Assembly: GCA_947085185.1 (NCBI GenBank)
Contig: CAMTVK010000002.1
Location: forward strand, 1 to 64,000
DNA from: Candidatus Fraserbacteria bacterium
GTDB lineage: Bacteria; Bipolaricaulota; Bipolaricaulia; RBG-16-55-9; DRXL01
Direction of reading: 5' to 3'
Length of the DNA stretch: 64,000 nucleotides
Positions within the stretch are counted from its first letter, which is position 1, and each line of letters begins with the position of its first letter. The notes under the pieces are model-generated. The model saw only the letters and a program-made list of their open reading frames with translations. It was not told where the DNA came from and searched no databases. The position numbers were made by a program, and so were the translations under genes. This document shows, piece by piece, positions 31,499 to 41,166 of the stretch.

Positions 31499-32604
31499 AG
31501 ATCGACTCGGTCGAGCTGCGCCAGATCGCCATGGAATTAGTCGAGCCCTTTGAGACGAGTGGCTGGCGCGAGACCCGCCGGCCGTGCCTCATCATAGCGA
31601 TCTCTAGTGACGGCCTGACAGGCTATGGCGAGTGTGTGGCCGGCGCTGGGCCATGGTATTCGTATGAGACCGTCGAGACGGCTTGGCATATCTTAAAAGA
31701 CTTTCTCATCCCCGCGGTGCTCGGGAAAGATATCGCTTCGGCAGAAGAGCTTCACGGCAAGTTTCAGGGTGTGCGCGGGCACCCTATGGCCAAGGCCGGT
31801 CTAGAAGCGGCTTTCTGGGATCTGCTCGCCCAAGCGAAGAAGATCTCTCTAGCCAAGCTCCTTGGCGGCACAAAAGACCGCATCGAGAGCGGCATATCTC
31901 TTGGGATTCACAAAGACATCCCGACATTGCTTGCCGTCATTGAGCGTCATCTTGCTCAAGGGTACCGGCGCATCAAGCTCAAGGTGAAGCCCGGCTGGGA
32001 TATCGAAGTGCTGCGTGCGGTGCGCCAGCGCTTTCCCGATATAGAGCTCATGGCTGATGCCAACGCGGCGTACTCCATCGCTGATTTCGATCATCTCAAA
32101 AAGTTTGACGAATTTGGACTTTCCATGTTGGAACAGCCCTTGGATTACGACGATCTCATAGACCACTCGGTCCTCCAGAGAGCTGTGAAGACCCCGATCT
32201 GTCTCGATGAGAGCATCAAGACCCCCACGGACGCGAGGAAGGCGTTAGACATTGGGGCGTGTAAGATCATTAATATCAAGCCGGGGCGGGTGGGCGGGCT
32301 GCTCAACGCTCAAAAGATTCACGATCTCTGTCGGGAGCGGGGTGTGCCCGTCTGGTGTGGTGGGATGCTCGAGACTGGGATCGGGAGGGCGGCCAATATT
32401 GCTTTGGCGAGCCTGCCGGGATTTACGCTGCCAAACGATATCTCCGCGAGCGCTCGCTACTGGAGAGAAGATCTCATTGATCCGCCGTTTGTGCTTGAGC
32501 CTGACGGGACAATAAAGGTACCGACGGAGCCGGGGCTGGGGGTGCGCGTGGTGCAAGAGCGAGTAGAGAGAGCGACACAGCGACGCGAGGAGTTTGTCGC
32601 TTAG
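31495..32604 (+). CDS. menC: o-succinylbenzoate synthase / N-succinylamino acid racemase
   Basis: KLK.KPGWD, MADAN, EQP, CLDES, NIKPGRVGG, WCGGMLETG. Confidence 0.9.
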   Translation: MKIDSVELRQIAMELVEPFETSGWRETRRPCLIIAISSDGLTGYGECVAGAGPWYSYETVETAWHILKDFLIPAVLGKDIASAEELHGKFQGVRGHPMAKAGLEAAFWDLLAQAKKISLAKLLGGTKDRIESGISLGIHKDIPTLLAVIERHLAQGYRRIKLKVKPGWDIEVLRAVRQRFPDIELMADANAAYSIADFDHLKKFDEFGLSMLEQPLDYDDLIDHSVLQRAVKTPICLDESIKTPTDARKALDIGACKIINIKPGRVGGLLNAQKIHDLCRERGVPVWCGGMLETGIGRAANIALASLPGFTLPNDISASARYWREDLIDPPFVLEPDGTIKVPTEPGLGVRVVQERVERATQRREEFVA

Positions 32605-32641
32605 GTGTCTAGCAAGTAGTATTATGTGAGGGTGAGGAATC

Positions 32642-32811
32642 ATGAAGTACACTGTTGTTTTGGAAAAGCGAATAGTCATATGATCTTACGGCGCGACCAT
32701 CCCTTTGCTCAAGTGAGCGTGCCCGACCATAAAAGCCTCGATACAGGGACTTTAGCCCACATCTTGGATGCAGCAGGTCTCAGCATCGAGGAATTTCGCA
32801 AGTTGCTCTAA
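32642..32811 (+). pseudogene. Collapsed hicB-hicA toxin-antitoxin remnant
   Basis: MKYTVVLEK (HicB-like start) joined out of frame to SHMILRR...VSVPDHK.LDTGTL..IL..AGLS.EEF..LL (HicA C-terminus). Confidence 0.75.
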
Positions 32812-32813
32812 GC

Positions 32814-33572
32814 ATGATCCTCAAAACTGTTGGTTTTATCTTACGCGCGATCAAGTTCCGCGAGAGCGACCTCATCCTCACTGTGCTCAGCAGAGATCAT
32901 GGAAGAATTTCGCTCATCGCCAAGGCCGCCCGACGTACCGAGAGCAAATTCGGCGCCGCGCTCGATCTGTTGACCCTCAGCGAGCTCGTCTTCTATGACA
33001 CAGAGAATCTGAAATTATTAAAAGAAGCGAGCATCATCGAAGACTATCACGCCCTCAAAAGCGATTATGATCGCCTGACGCTCGCCCTGCACACAGCGCA
33101 TCTGATCAATCAGCTTGTCGAAGAGCACCATCCGGATCGAGCGGTCTTCGAGTTTCTACAAGATTTTTTAGAGCATTTAAGTTCTGTGAGAGATCTCAAT
33201 CTTGCGGCCATAGCAGTGAAGCTCAAGTTCATGCGCGTGTTGGGGATCGCGCCGCGCCTGAGCAGTTGTGCGCGCTGCGGACACAAGCTCCGCTTGAGCC
33301 TTCCTGATTTGTCCAGCCGTAGGCTGGGCAAGACAAACAGTCCAGACGAAGTCTGGTTCTCCCCGCAGAGCGGGGGCTTGGTCTGTGGAGCTTGTCATCA
33401 AGCGGGCGACATCCGCCTCAGCCCGCGCTTGGCTCAGAGCCTGAAGATGATCCTCGGGATGAGATGGGATAGACTCAATCGCTTCGCGCTGGCACCAGAC
33501 GAAACAGAACTGGCCAATGAAGCCCTCGATGAGTTCATCGGCTTCCATCTCAAGGCCCTGGCAAAGCGCTGA
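32814..33572 (+). CDS. recO: DNA repair protein RecO
   Basis: ESD.I.T..S..HG.I...AK and a zinc finger CARCG...GGLVCGAC. Confidence 0.92.
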   Translation: MILKTVGFILRAIKFRESDLILTVLSRDHGRISLIAKAARRTESKFGAALDLLTLSELVFYDTENLKLLKEASIIEDYHALKSDYDRLTLALHTAHLINQLVEEHHPDRAVFEFLQDFLEHLSSVRDLNLAAIAVKLKFMRVLGIAPRLSSCARCGHKLRLSLPDLSSRRLGKTNSPDEVWFSPQSGGLVCGACHQAGDIRLSPRLAQSLKMILGMRWDRLNRFALAPDETELANEALDEFIGFHLKALAKR

Positions 33573-33575
33573 ATC

Positions 33576-33671
33576 TCACATACTCTCGAAGTAGCCCCCG
33601 ATGCGAATCAACAGAATCGTGATCCCCACAGCGATCAGGAAATTCCCCAACGCGGTTAAGAGCTCCGGCAT
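33576..33671 (-). CDS. Putative 31-aa single-TM small protein
   Basis: RBS AGGGGGTG, then ATG and MPELLTALGNFLIAVGITILLIRIGGYFESM. TTGACA and TG-C-TATAGA lie upstream. Confidence 0.55.
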   Translation of the reverse strand: MPELLTALGNFLIAVGITILLIRIGGYFESM

Positions 33672-33823
33672 ACGTTCACCCCCTGTCAAGATAGAGTATC
33701 TATAGCACAAAGAGCGCATCCCTGTCAAATGGCGAGGAGGGGGAACGAACGTTCCCCCGATTTGACAATCTTGGGCTTCCGTGTTAAAAGAATTATGATA
33801 CCCTTGAAAACAAAGGAGGCTCT

Positions 33824-36800
33824 ATGCTCAAAAGAAGCGGCGCGGTCCTACTGGCGCTTTGCGTTATAAGTAGTTTCTCTGTAGTGGCTCAGGAGTGGGA
33901 AAGCTGGCCTGGAACGAGAAGCTTTGACCATCCTAAGATCGCTAATATCTTGGAGGACCTAATCTCAAGCTCCCCAGCACAACGCCCTCTGGTCATAACG
34001 GATGCGCTGCGTCTGAAGCCCTCGGTGTACGACTTGCATCTTCAAGGGGATCGTGTCAGAGTCATTATTGAAACTGAGTCAGAGAGAGCTATCAGCAAGA
34101 TCGCAGCAGCCATCGAGCGCGTTGGGGGCCAGATCGAGCTGAGCTACGGCACTCAGATCCAAGCGTTCATGCCCTTAAAGAGTATCGAACAGATCGCGGA
34201 TCTCCAAGAAGTGCAGTTTGTTCGGCTTCCCGTCCGCCCCCTCTTAGACCAAGGGACGACAGTCAGTGAAGGCCAGAGGCTCATCGGTGCGCCGGCGTGG
34301 CACAAGGAGGGCGTGAACGGCCAAGGGGTGAAAGTCGGGGTGATCGATCCCGGTCTTGATCGCTATGAGCGGCTCTTAGGGCGAGAGCTTCCTCCACGCG
34401 AGCGGGTTACAGCCAAGTCCTTCCGTCGTGACGGGCGGATGGCAGACCCAGAGTTCCCTGAGCAGCATGGCGTCGCGGTGAGCGAGGTCATCACGGATAT
34501 TGCGCCGGGGATGAATCTCTATCTTGCAGCCTTTGAGACCGATCTCGAGTTTCGTCAGGCTGTCGACTGGATGATCGACCAGAAAGTAGACGTGATCAAT
34601 ACCTCGTTGGGGTTTCCCTCAGGATGCTTTCGCGGCGCGGGATTGTTCGAGCCTCACATCAAGAAAGCCAAAGAAGCCGGGATCACTTGGGTGACGAGTG
34701 CAGGCAATCGCGGTAATGGTCACTGGGAAGGGAGCTTCACCGATACGAACACCAATAATCGCCATGAATTCTCTAGCTACGACGAGACCCTCACCCTGGA
34801 AGTAGAACTTGTCCCTCTGGAGATTCAGGGGCAGAAGGTCGCCGGGGTGCTTCTCGTATTCTTTCTCAGTTGGGATGCCCCTTGCAGTGGAGCTTCCGAC
34901 GATTATGATCTCGCGATCTTTCCAGAGTCGGCCCCGGATGTTCGCATCCAAGGGGATTGGATGTGGCGCCGCGGGGTGCCGGTCAAGATCGCCGGAGGGC
35001 TCTTCTATACACGCAACCCAGCTGCAGCCGGACGCCGTGACTCCTTTGGCGTGGAGATCATCAAAAAGCGCTCTGGTGCTGCACCAGCTCGACTCGACCT
35101 CGTTGCTCAGGTCTGCATCATCTGTCATACTCTTGAATATCTCACCCCTCAGGGGAGTATCTCGATCTTCGAGCCTGCCATCTCCCCCAACGCGATGAGC
35201 GTAGGAGCGTTCCATCATGCGCCAGATCGCTGCCCCAGAGATCTCTGCCCGGAGACGAATCTCTTAATCTATAGCAGCCGCGGCCCAACAAAAGACGGCC
35301 GTGTAAAACCTGATATCACGGCTCCATCGCACGTCTCTACCGTCACCTACGGAAAGTACACAGGGGACAGAAGGGATCAAAACCCTGGGTTTAACGGGAC
35401 TTCGGCAGCGGCGCCGCACGCCGCGGGCGCCGCCGCGCTCGTCAAACAGATCTTCCCCAAGTTCACACCCCGGCAGATCCAAGAGTTTCTCGAGAGGCGC
35501 GCTGAAGACCGTGGCCCACGCGGCAAAGACAACGACTGGGGCGCTGGACAGCTCCTCCTTGGGGAAGTCATTATCATCCCCAACGCGCCAGCAGATTTAG
35601 TCGCCCTGGGGCGTGGCCCGCGCGAGATCGCGCTCTCCTGGAAGGACCAAGCCACCAACGAAGCGGGTTTTTCAGTGGAGCGGCGCTTCACCCTCGATCC
35701 CGACTTTGTCGAGATCGCTCGGCTCGGCCCCGATAGCACCGAATTCACCGATACGGCCGTCCTGCCAGAGACGGTCTATTGCTATCGCGTGCGGGCGTTT
35801 ACGTCCTCAGGTCAGTCAGACTATTCCAATGAGTCGTGCGCTTCTGGCACCCCTGAGGCCAAACCGGCTGTCTATGAGTTCTCAGCTGAGATTCAATCGG
35901 GCGTCTTTGGGCGCATTGAGCTGCCCTCGGAGATTAAGAGCGCGCTTCCCGTGGGCGTGCGCTTCGTCGAAGAGCCCAATATCACGGTGGGCGAGCGCAC
36001 AAGCCGCGCACTCAGCGATGTGAACTTACAGCTGTCGCCCAACACCGGCTCGATCTTTGGCCGCCCCATCGGCTCGGGAGAGTTTTCGTTCTTGATCGGG
36101 GTCTTCTCTAACGGACACAAGCTTGCACGCATCTGGGTGCTGCTTACTATAAAGCCCGCCCTCGCTCTGGCACGACGCGCTGCTCAAAGCCCACCAGAGA
36201 TTCTCTTTATTGACTTTCCTGCACAGATTCGAGCTACAGGAAAGCCCGTGGTGGGCTTTGTCGGCTTCAAAGACCCCGACGGCGATCTGGCCAAAGCGAG
36301 TTTCGTTGTGGTCAGCGCGACGGACTTCCAGAGCTTCGAAGTCACACCGAACGTCAAGGGCCAAACAGAAGGGGCATTCTCTTTTGAGATCGCGACGGCG
36401 ATAGCGCAGCGCGTCACGCTCTCTGTGACGCTCACCGACGAAGCAGGCCAGACGAGCCCACCGAAAGAGTTCTCCTTCGAAGCTGTGCCGGTGCCGATCT
36501 TGCGCGTGACACCAGAAAGCTTGGAGGCAAAGGGCATGGCTGGCGTAGGCGAGCCTCCTCCTCAAGAGCTTGAGATTTCTAATAGCGGGAGCGGAACGCT
36601 CTTCTGGACGGCGCTCACCGATGCGTCGTGGCTGATGATCTCTCCCGATGCTGGGGAGCTCGCTGCCGGAGAGTCTACCCGACTGACGGTCAAAGCCGAT
36701 ACCACCGCTCTAGGGGCTGGGCGCTATCGTGCCCTGATTATGATCCGTGCTCCCGCAGCTGAAAATAGCCCTCAATGGGTGCGCTTTCTGCTAGAGCTGA

Positions 36801-37855
36801 CTCCTTCAGGAGGAACTCTGCTTTGGCAAGTCCCTGTCGGACCGACGGATTCTAGCCCTGCGCTGGGCCTCGATGGGACGATCTATCTCTTTGGGGGAGA
36901 TCAATCGCTCTATGCGATCAGTTCTGATGGCCAGGTGCTCTGGACTTTTCGTGCAGGCAGAGCTTTTCTCTCAGCTTCGGTCGCGCTCTCAGACAAAACG
37001 ATCTACTGTGGAGCAGATGACGGCAATCTCTATGCGCTCGCCCTCGACGGTAAGGAGAAATGGCGCTTTTCAGCGGGCTTGCCCATCCGAAGCAGCCCGG
37101 CGATCGGCCCCGATGGCACGATCTATCTCGGCTCCGGCAGCCAACCCCTAGAGAGTGCTAAAATCTACGCGGTGCAGCCCGATGGAACTCTGAAAGGACG
37201 TCCCCTTGACGTCGAAGGGGGCGTCGTCTCTAGCCCGGCTCTCAGTAAGAATTTCCTCTATGTGGGCTCGCTCGACCGACGCGTCTACGCGGTGAACCTC
37301 GACGGGTTCTATCGTCAGTGGCGCTTCCGGGCCGGAGATTCTATCAGCAGCTCCCCGGCAGTTGGGGGCGATGGCACGATCTATATCGGCTCCGACGACG
37401 GCAATCTCTATGCGCTTGCCCCCGACGGTAAGGAGAAATGGCGCTTCAAAACCAACGACAGAGTCGTCTCGTCCCCAGCGATCGGCCCCGATGGCACGAT
37501 TTATATCGGCTCGCTCGATGGACGACTCTATGCTGTCAAGCCCGATGGCCAAGAGAAATGGCGCTTTCACACCGAAGGGCCAATATATTCTTCGCCGGCG
37601 GTCGCTGCCGATGGAGTCGTGTACATCGGCTCTGACGATGGCTCTCTCTATGCCGTCACCCCCGACGGCACGCAGCGTTGGCGCTTCAAGACCAATGGCG
37701 AAGTGCGCTCGTCCCCCGTGATTGGCCCCACTGGGACAATCTACGTCGCCTCACGAGATGGGACACTCTATGCGATCCGGGGTGAAGCTGGCCCAGCCCA
37801 AAGCCCTTGGCCGATGTTCCGCGGCACCCCGCAGCGCACCGGGACAAAACCCTAA
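33824..37855 (+). CDS. Secreted S8 (subtilisin-like) serine peptidase with FN3, Ig/BACON-like and PQQ-type beta-propeller domains
   Basis: Signal peptide, GVID, QHG, SAGN, KPDI.AP, GTS.AAP. FN3 L.W.D...NE.GF..ER and repeated SSPA.G.DGTIY.GS.DG.LYA...G..KW.F. Confidence 0.88.
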   Translation: MLKRSGAVLLALCVISSFSVVAQEWESWPGTRSFDHPKIANILEDLISSSPAQRPLVITDALRLKPSVYDLHLQGDRVRVIIETESERAISKIAAAIERVGGQIELSYGTQIQAFMPLKSIEQIADLQEVQFVRLPVRPLLDQGTTVSEGQRLIGAPAWHKEGVNGQGVKVGVIDPGLDRYERLLGRELPPRERVTAKSFRRDGRMADPEFPEQHGVAVSEVITDIAPGMNLYLAAFETDLEFRQAVDWMIDQKVDVINTSLGFPSGCFRGAGLFEPHIKKAKEAGITWVTSAGNRGNGHWEGSFTDTNTNNRHEFSSYDETLTLEVELVPLEIQGQKVAGVLLVFFLSWDAPCSGASDDYDLAIFPESAPDVRIQGDWMWRRGVPVKIAGGLFYTRNPAAAGRRDSFGVEIIKKRSGAAPARLDLVAQVCIICHTLEYLTPQGSISIFEPAISPNAMSVGAFHHAPDRCPRDLCPETNLLIYSSRGPTKDGRVKPDITAPSHVSTVTYGKYTGDRRDQNPGFNGTSAAAPHAAGAAALVKQIFPKFTPRQIQEFLERRAEDRGPRGKDNDWGAGQLLLGEVIIIPNAPADLVALGRGPREIALSWKDQATNEAGFSVERRFTLDPDFVEIARLGPDSTEFTDTAVLPETVYCYRVRAFTSSGQSDYSNESCASGTPEAKPAVYEFSAEIQSGVFGRIELPSEIKSALPVGVRFVEEPNITVGERTSRALSDVNLQLSPNTGSIFGRPIGSGEFSFLIGVFSNGHKLARIWVLLTIKPALALARRAAQSPPEILFIDFPAQIRATGKPVVGFVGFKDPDGDLAKASFVVVSATDFQSFEVTPNVKGQTEGAFSFEIATAIAQRVTLSVTLTDEAGQTSPPKEFSFEAVPVPILRVTPESLEAKGMAGVGEPPPQELEISNSGSGTLFWTALTDASWLMISPDAGELAAGESTRLTVKADTTALGAGRYRALIMIRAPAAENSPQWVRFLLELTPSGGTLLWQVPVGPTDSSPALGLDGTIYLFGGDQSLYAISSDGQVLWTFRAGRAFLSASVALSDKTIYCGADDGNLYALALDGKEKWRFSAGLPIRSSPAIGPDGTIYLGSGSQPLESAKIYAVQPDGTLKGRPLDVEGGVVSSPALSKNFLYVGSLDRRVYAVNLDGFYRQWRFRAGDSISSSPAVGGDGTIYIGSDDGNLYALAPDGKEKWRFKTNDRVVSSPAIGPDGTIYIGSLDGRLYAVKPDGQEKWRFHTEGPIYSSPAVAADGVVYIGSDDGSLYAVTPDGTQRWRFKTNGEVRSSPVIGPTGTIYVASRDGTLYAIRGEAGPAQSPWPMFRGTPQRTGTKP

Positions 37856-37864
37856 AACTCTTAG

Positions 37865-38539
37865 TTACTCCTTCTCGGTGCCGTTCATGTGCCGCGCGTC
37901 GAGCACCTTGATCTTGCGATCTTTTAAGTCCTTGACGATCGAGCGCCAGTCGTAGCTGTCTATCTTGATGACAAAAATCCCTGTGTCGGGCGTGGTGCGA
38001 CACTCATCGCACGTGACGATGCTGCGCACGTTGACGTCGTGGTCGCGGATGACTTCAAGGACTTCAGCTAACGCTCCAGGGCGGTCCTCCAGTTCGAGAG
38101 TCAACCGCGTGCCCTTCTGATGAACCCCCAAAAGCTTCAAGAGCACTTCGAATATATCAGACTCTGTAATAATCCCCACAAGATGCCCCCCTTCGACCAC
38201 CGGGAGCCCACCGACCTTGTGCTTCCGCATGAGCGAGGCCGCTCGCTCGATAGGATCATCCGGACTGACGGTGATCAAATCTTCGGCCTTGACCATGATC
38301 TGCTCCACAGTCGTGCGAGCTAAGAGATAATTTAACTCCCAGACGCTCAGGGTCGTAGCATCCGAGGGGCTCGCTTCTTGAATATCGCTCTTGGTGACGA
38401 TCCCCATGAGCTTGCCTCGCTTGTTGACCACGGGCAGGCGCCGCACCTCGTGCTTCTTCATGAGCTCCCGGGCCTCAAAGATCGGGGTCTCCGGCGGAAC
38501 TGTTATGACATCCGTGGTCATCCACATGCGCACAAACAT
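37865..38539 (-). CDS. CBS-pair plus ACT domain protein (AcuB-like)
   Basis: Two CBS domains (RRLPVV, GGLPVV, GIITESD) and an ACT domain (EDRPGALA). Confidence 0.88.
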   Translation of the reverse strand: MFVRMWMTTDVITVPPETPIFEARELMKKHEVRRLPVVNKRGKLMGIVTKSDIQEASPSDATTLSVWELNYLLARTTVEQIMVKAEDLITVSPDDPIERAASLMRKHKVGGLPVVEGGHLVGIITESDIFEVLLKLLGVHQKGTRLTLELEDRPGALAEVLEVIRDHDVNVRSIVTCDECRTTPDTGIFVIKIDSYDWRSIVKDLKDRKIKVLDARHMNGTEKE

Positions 38540-38599
38540 CGTCTCGTCCTCCTTCTTGCGTGCTAGTATACCGTCTGGGTCTGGGGTCCGGCAATTGTG

Positions 38600-39334
38600 C
38601 TAGCGTAGGACTTTCGTATGAACCGGAAGCACGTCGGAGTTCAGATAATTGCGGAGCAAGCTCGATGGCAGCCGCCACTCCTTGGGGACCACCCTGTGAG
38701 AGACGAGATGGGCCCGAGTGTAGACTTCTCCCTCAAAGAGCAAGCGCGCAACAAACGTCGCGCAGTTGAATCCCAAGAGACTGTAGGGGATCGCTTCGCC
38801 GTACCAGGCGCGTCGCCAGGGCTTGCTCAAGATGGGATCAGGCTCTAACTGCGAGATATAGTGCTCAACGAGCCGACGGATCCGAACAGCTTGCTCAGGA
38901 TGCACCCGAATGATTAGGCGCACCTCAGGAGATGCTAAAAATTTCTCCAGCGTCATCCCGGGCTCACGCAAGATATCCCACTCGATGATACTGCCCGGCT
39001 GTCGCACGAAGAGCAGACGCCCATAGTAGAGCAAGCGCTCCAGCCCTTGATACTGCTCGGGATTCACATATTTTCTGCGATAGTGCTCTGCCGCGCCAAA
39101 CGCATAGACTTTGATGCCGACAAACCTCCCGTGATCGTCGAATTCGTCCATCCCCAAAGCGACGTGCCAAAAGCCCCCAATGAGATAGAGATTGACCCCA
39201 GGCTCGTCGAACGCCGCTTGGACCCGAACAAAATAGAGATTGACCGACGAACTGAAGGTGATCACAAACAGCCCTGTTAATATCAGAATACGGCGCACCT
39301 GAAGCTTCCGTCGCGAGAAGATCTTGCGATGCAT
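38600..39334 (-). CDS. Hypothetical membrane-anchored protein, possible permuted papain-like hydrolase
   Basis: N-terminal TM segment, with WHVAL upstream of YSLLGFNCATFV. Confidence 0.6.
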   Translation of the reverse strand: MHRKIFSRRKLQVRRILILTGLFVITFSSSVNLYFVRVQAAFDEPGVNLYLIGGFWHVALGMDEFDDHGRFVGIKVYAFGAAEHYRRKYVNPEQYQGLERLLYYGRLLFVRQPGSIIEWDILREPGMTLEKFLASPEVRLIIRVHPEQAVRIRRLVEHYISQLEPDPILSKPWRRAWYGEAIPYSLLGFNCATFVARLLFEGEVYTRAHLVSHRVVPKEWRLPSSLLRNYLNSDVLPVHTKVLR

Positions 39335-39418
39335 AGCTTTATATTATATATAACGAAGAGAGCGCCTCCCTGCAAGAGGGGTTGCACGGAGCTTAGGCAG
39401 TTGCTTAAATACATAACG

Positions 39419-40249
39419 ATGGATGCACGATGGTGGGTATGGGTTGGCCTAGCGGTCTTCGCGGGGGTGCTCGGCTATATCTGGCTGAGCAACCCAAACT
39501 TTGCACAGCTTGAGCCCGCTGTGCTCTCGCTTGAGAACATAGCAGCAAGCCGGATGACGCTGGCTCGCACGCCCGCCGGCCAGCTCGAATACCGCCAAGT
39601 TCCCATCAAGCTCCCCTTGTACTTCCGAGAGAGATCTCATGAGTTCAGCTATGTTCTGCAAGGGCGCGCGGTGGGGTTCCTCAAGAATCAAGATATAGAA
39701 GTGCAGCGAGATTCTCTGTTGATCATCCCCAGGCGAACGGCGCTGGGATTGCGCGTCACCAGCACCGAATCTCTGGAAATTTTGAGCTTCTATGCCCCTG
39801 CCCCCGACGCCCTCGATGAAGTGCAGGTCTTCATCGGCGATACTCTTCCCCCGGGAGATCCCTCGTCACTGCAACCTCACCCCTTGCCCACCGCTGGGTC
39901 CGATATACATCACCAAGTATTGAATCTCGCGACGTTGGAGAACAAAGAACTCCCCAAAGGAAACTCCGCATTCGAGTGGACGTACCTTGCCAAGAGCGCT
40001 GTAGGATCTGTCGCCCTGGTGCGCGTCGCGGAGCGCGTCGCTCTCAGAGAGCGCTCCGTACACTTTCTGTATATCCGTCAGGGGCAAGCCCGCATCGCCA
40101 TCGGCGAAAAGATTTTAGAAGCAACCGCAAACCATGTGGTGATCCTGCCCAACGCGGCGACTCGGGTCATTGAGCGCGTCGGCACGGAGCGCTTAGAATT
40201 TCTGCTCTTTTCTGCCCCGACGCTCCGCGAAAAAGACCTGCTCCCCTAG
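39419..40249 (+). CDS. Membrane-anchored double-cupin domain protein
   Basis: N-terminal TM segment and two cupin-like repeats (E..YVLQG, LYIRQG.A...IG). Confidence 0.65.
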   Translation: MDARWWVWVGLAVFAGVLGYIWLSNPNFAQLEPAVLSLENIAASRMTLARTPAGQLEYRQVPIKLPLYFRERSHEFSYVLQGRAVGFLKNQDIEVQRDSLLIIPRRTALGLRVTSTESLEILSFYAPAPDALDEVQVFIGDTLPPGDPSSLQPHPLPTAGSDIHHQVLNLATLENKELPKGNSAFEWTYLAKSAVGSVALVRVAERVALRERSVHFLYIRQGQARIAIGEKILEATANHVVILPNAATRVIERVGTERLEFLLFSAPTLREKDLLP

Positions 40250-41154
40250 GCCAGCCCTCGGACCTTCTTCAGATAGAGCAATATACCCTGGACATTCATC
40301 TCGATCTCGCCACGGAGAAGGGGTTCTGGGTAGTGCTCTTTGAGCAGGGGCATCTCTTTCTGCACAAAGTATTCTTTCACGGCGTGATCGTCGCCGAGGG
40401 TCTTCTTGGCGTGTTCGACCTCGCTCACCCAGCTCCGCAACATCGCAGCGTATTGGTCGAGCAAGCTCATATCTGAATGTGCGCCCCAGTGGGTGTAGAG
40501 CAAGAGTGTGGGCTGGAGGGCTTTCAAGCGGGCGAGCGTCTCTAAGCTGTGCTCCAAGTGGAACGCCGGAGGCGGAGTCGTCAAGAGCAAGCCTGCCCCC
40601 CAAGGCCGGTAGATCCCTGCAGCGTCGGCCGTAAAGAGCCCGCCCAGCTTGCGCTCATAAAAACAGACTTGATGGGGCGCGTGCCCCGGGGCAGCGATCA
40701 CTTCGATCTCGTGCCCATCTCCTAAGTGAAAGGCTTCGCCGCCTCGCACCGCAAGGACGCGCTCTTGAGGGGTAGGCTGCAGCGTCCCATAGAACGGAAA
40801 CATCGGGCCGACCGCGCGCTGCACGCTCTCTAAGAGCTTTGTTGGGTCTATTAAGTGTGGCGCCCCCTGCGCATGTACGATGACTTTAGCGTTGGGGCAA
40901 GCTTCAGCCAAGTGTCCCGTGCCCCCAGCGTGATCGAGATGGACATGCGTGGGCATAATATATGCGACGTCGTGGGGGCGTATCTTGAGCTCATCGAGGG
41001 CTTGCATGGTCTTCTCGAAAGTATGCGAAAAACCTGTCTCAATGATCGCAGGTTGAGGGGCATTGAGAATATAGAGTGCGCCGTAGCGCTCCAACCCCAG
41101 CATCCCCGTGTCGAGAATATAGAGATCGTTTGCGACTCTTTCTGTGAGCGCCAT
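40246..41154 (-). CDS. MBL-fold metallo-hydrolase
   Basis: THVHLDHAGG, PGHA.H, FTAD, THWG. Confidence 0.9.
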   Translation of the reverse strand: MALTERVANDLYILDTGMLGLERYGALYILNAPQPAIIETGFSHTFEKTMQALDELKIRPHDVAYIMPTHVHLDHAGGTGHLAEACPNAKVIVHAQGAPHLIDPTKLLESVQRAVGPMFPFYGTLQPTPQERVLAVRGGEAFHLGDGHEIEVIAAPGHAPHQVCFYERKLGGLFTADAAGIYRPWGAGLLLTTPPPAFHLEHSLETLARLKALQPTLLLYTHWGAHSDMSLLDQYAAMLRSWVSEVEHAKKTLGDDHAVKEYFVQKEMPLLKEHYPEPLLRGEIEMNVQGILLYLKKVRGLA

Positions 41155-41166
41155 ACCCCTAGAGTG

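Noticed and set aside
33380..33400. CGACH motif in RecO
   Set aside because: Part of the cytoplasmic RecO zinc finger, not heme binding.
35110..35130. CIICH (CxxCH) motif in the S8 protease
   Set aside because: A single motif in a Cys-containing secreted protease with no cytochrome context. Probably chance or a disulfide, though not strictly excluded.
36840..37780. Near-regular DNA repeats resembling an array (e.g. GACGGTAAGGAGAAATGGCGCTT twice)
   Set aside because: These are in-frame beta-propeller coding repeats. They are not CRISPR, and there are no cas genes.
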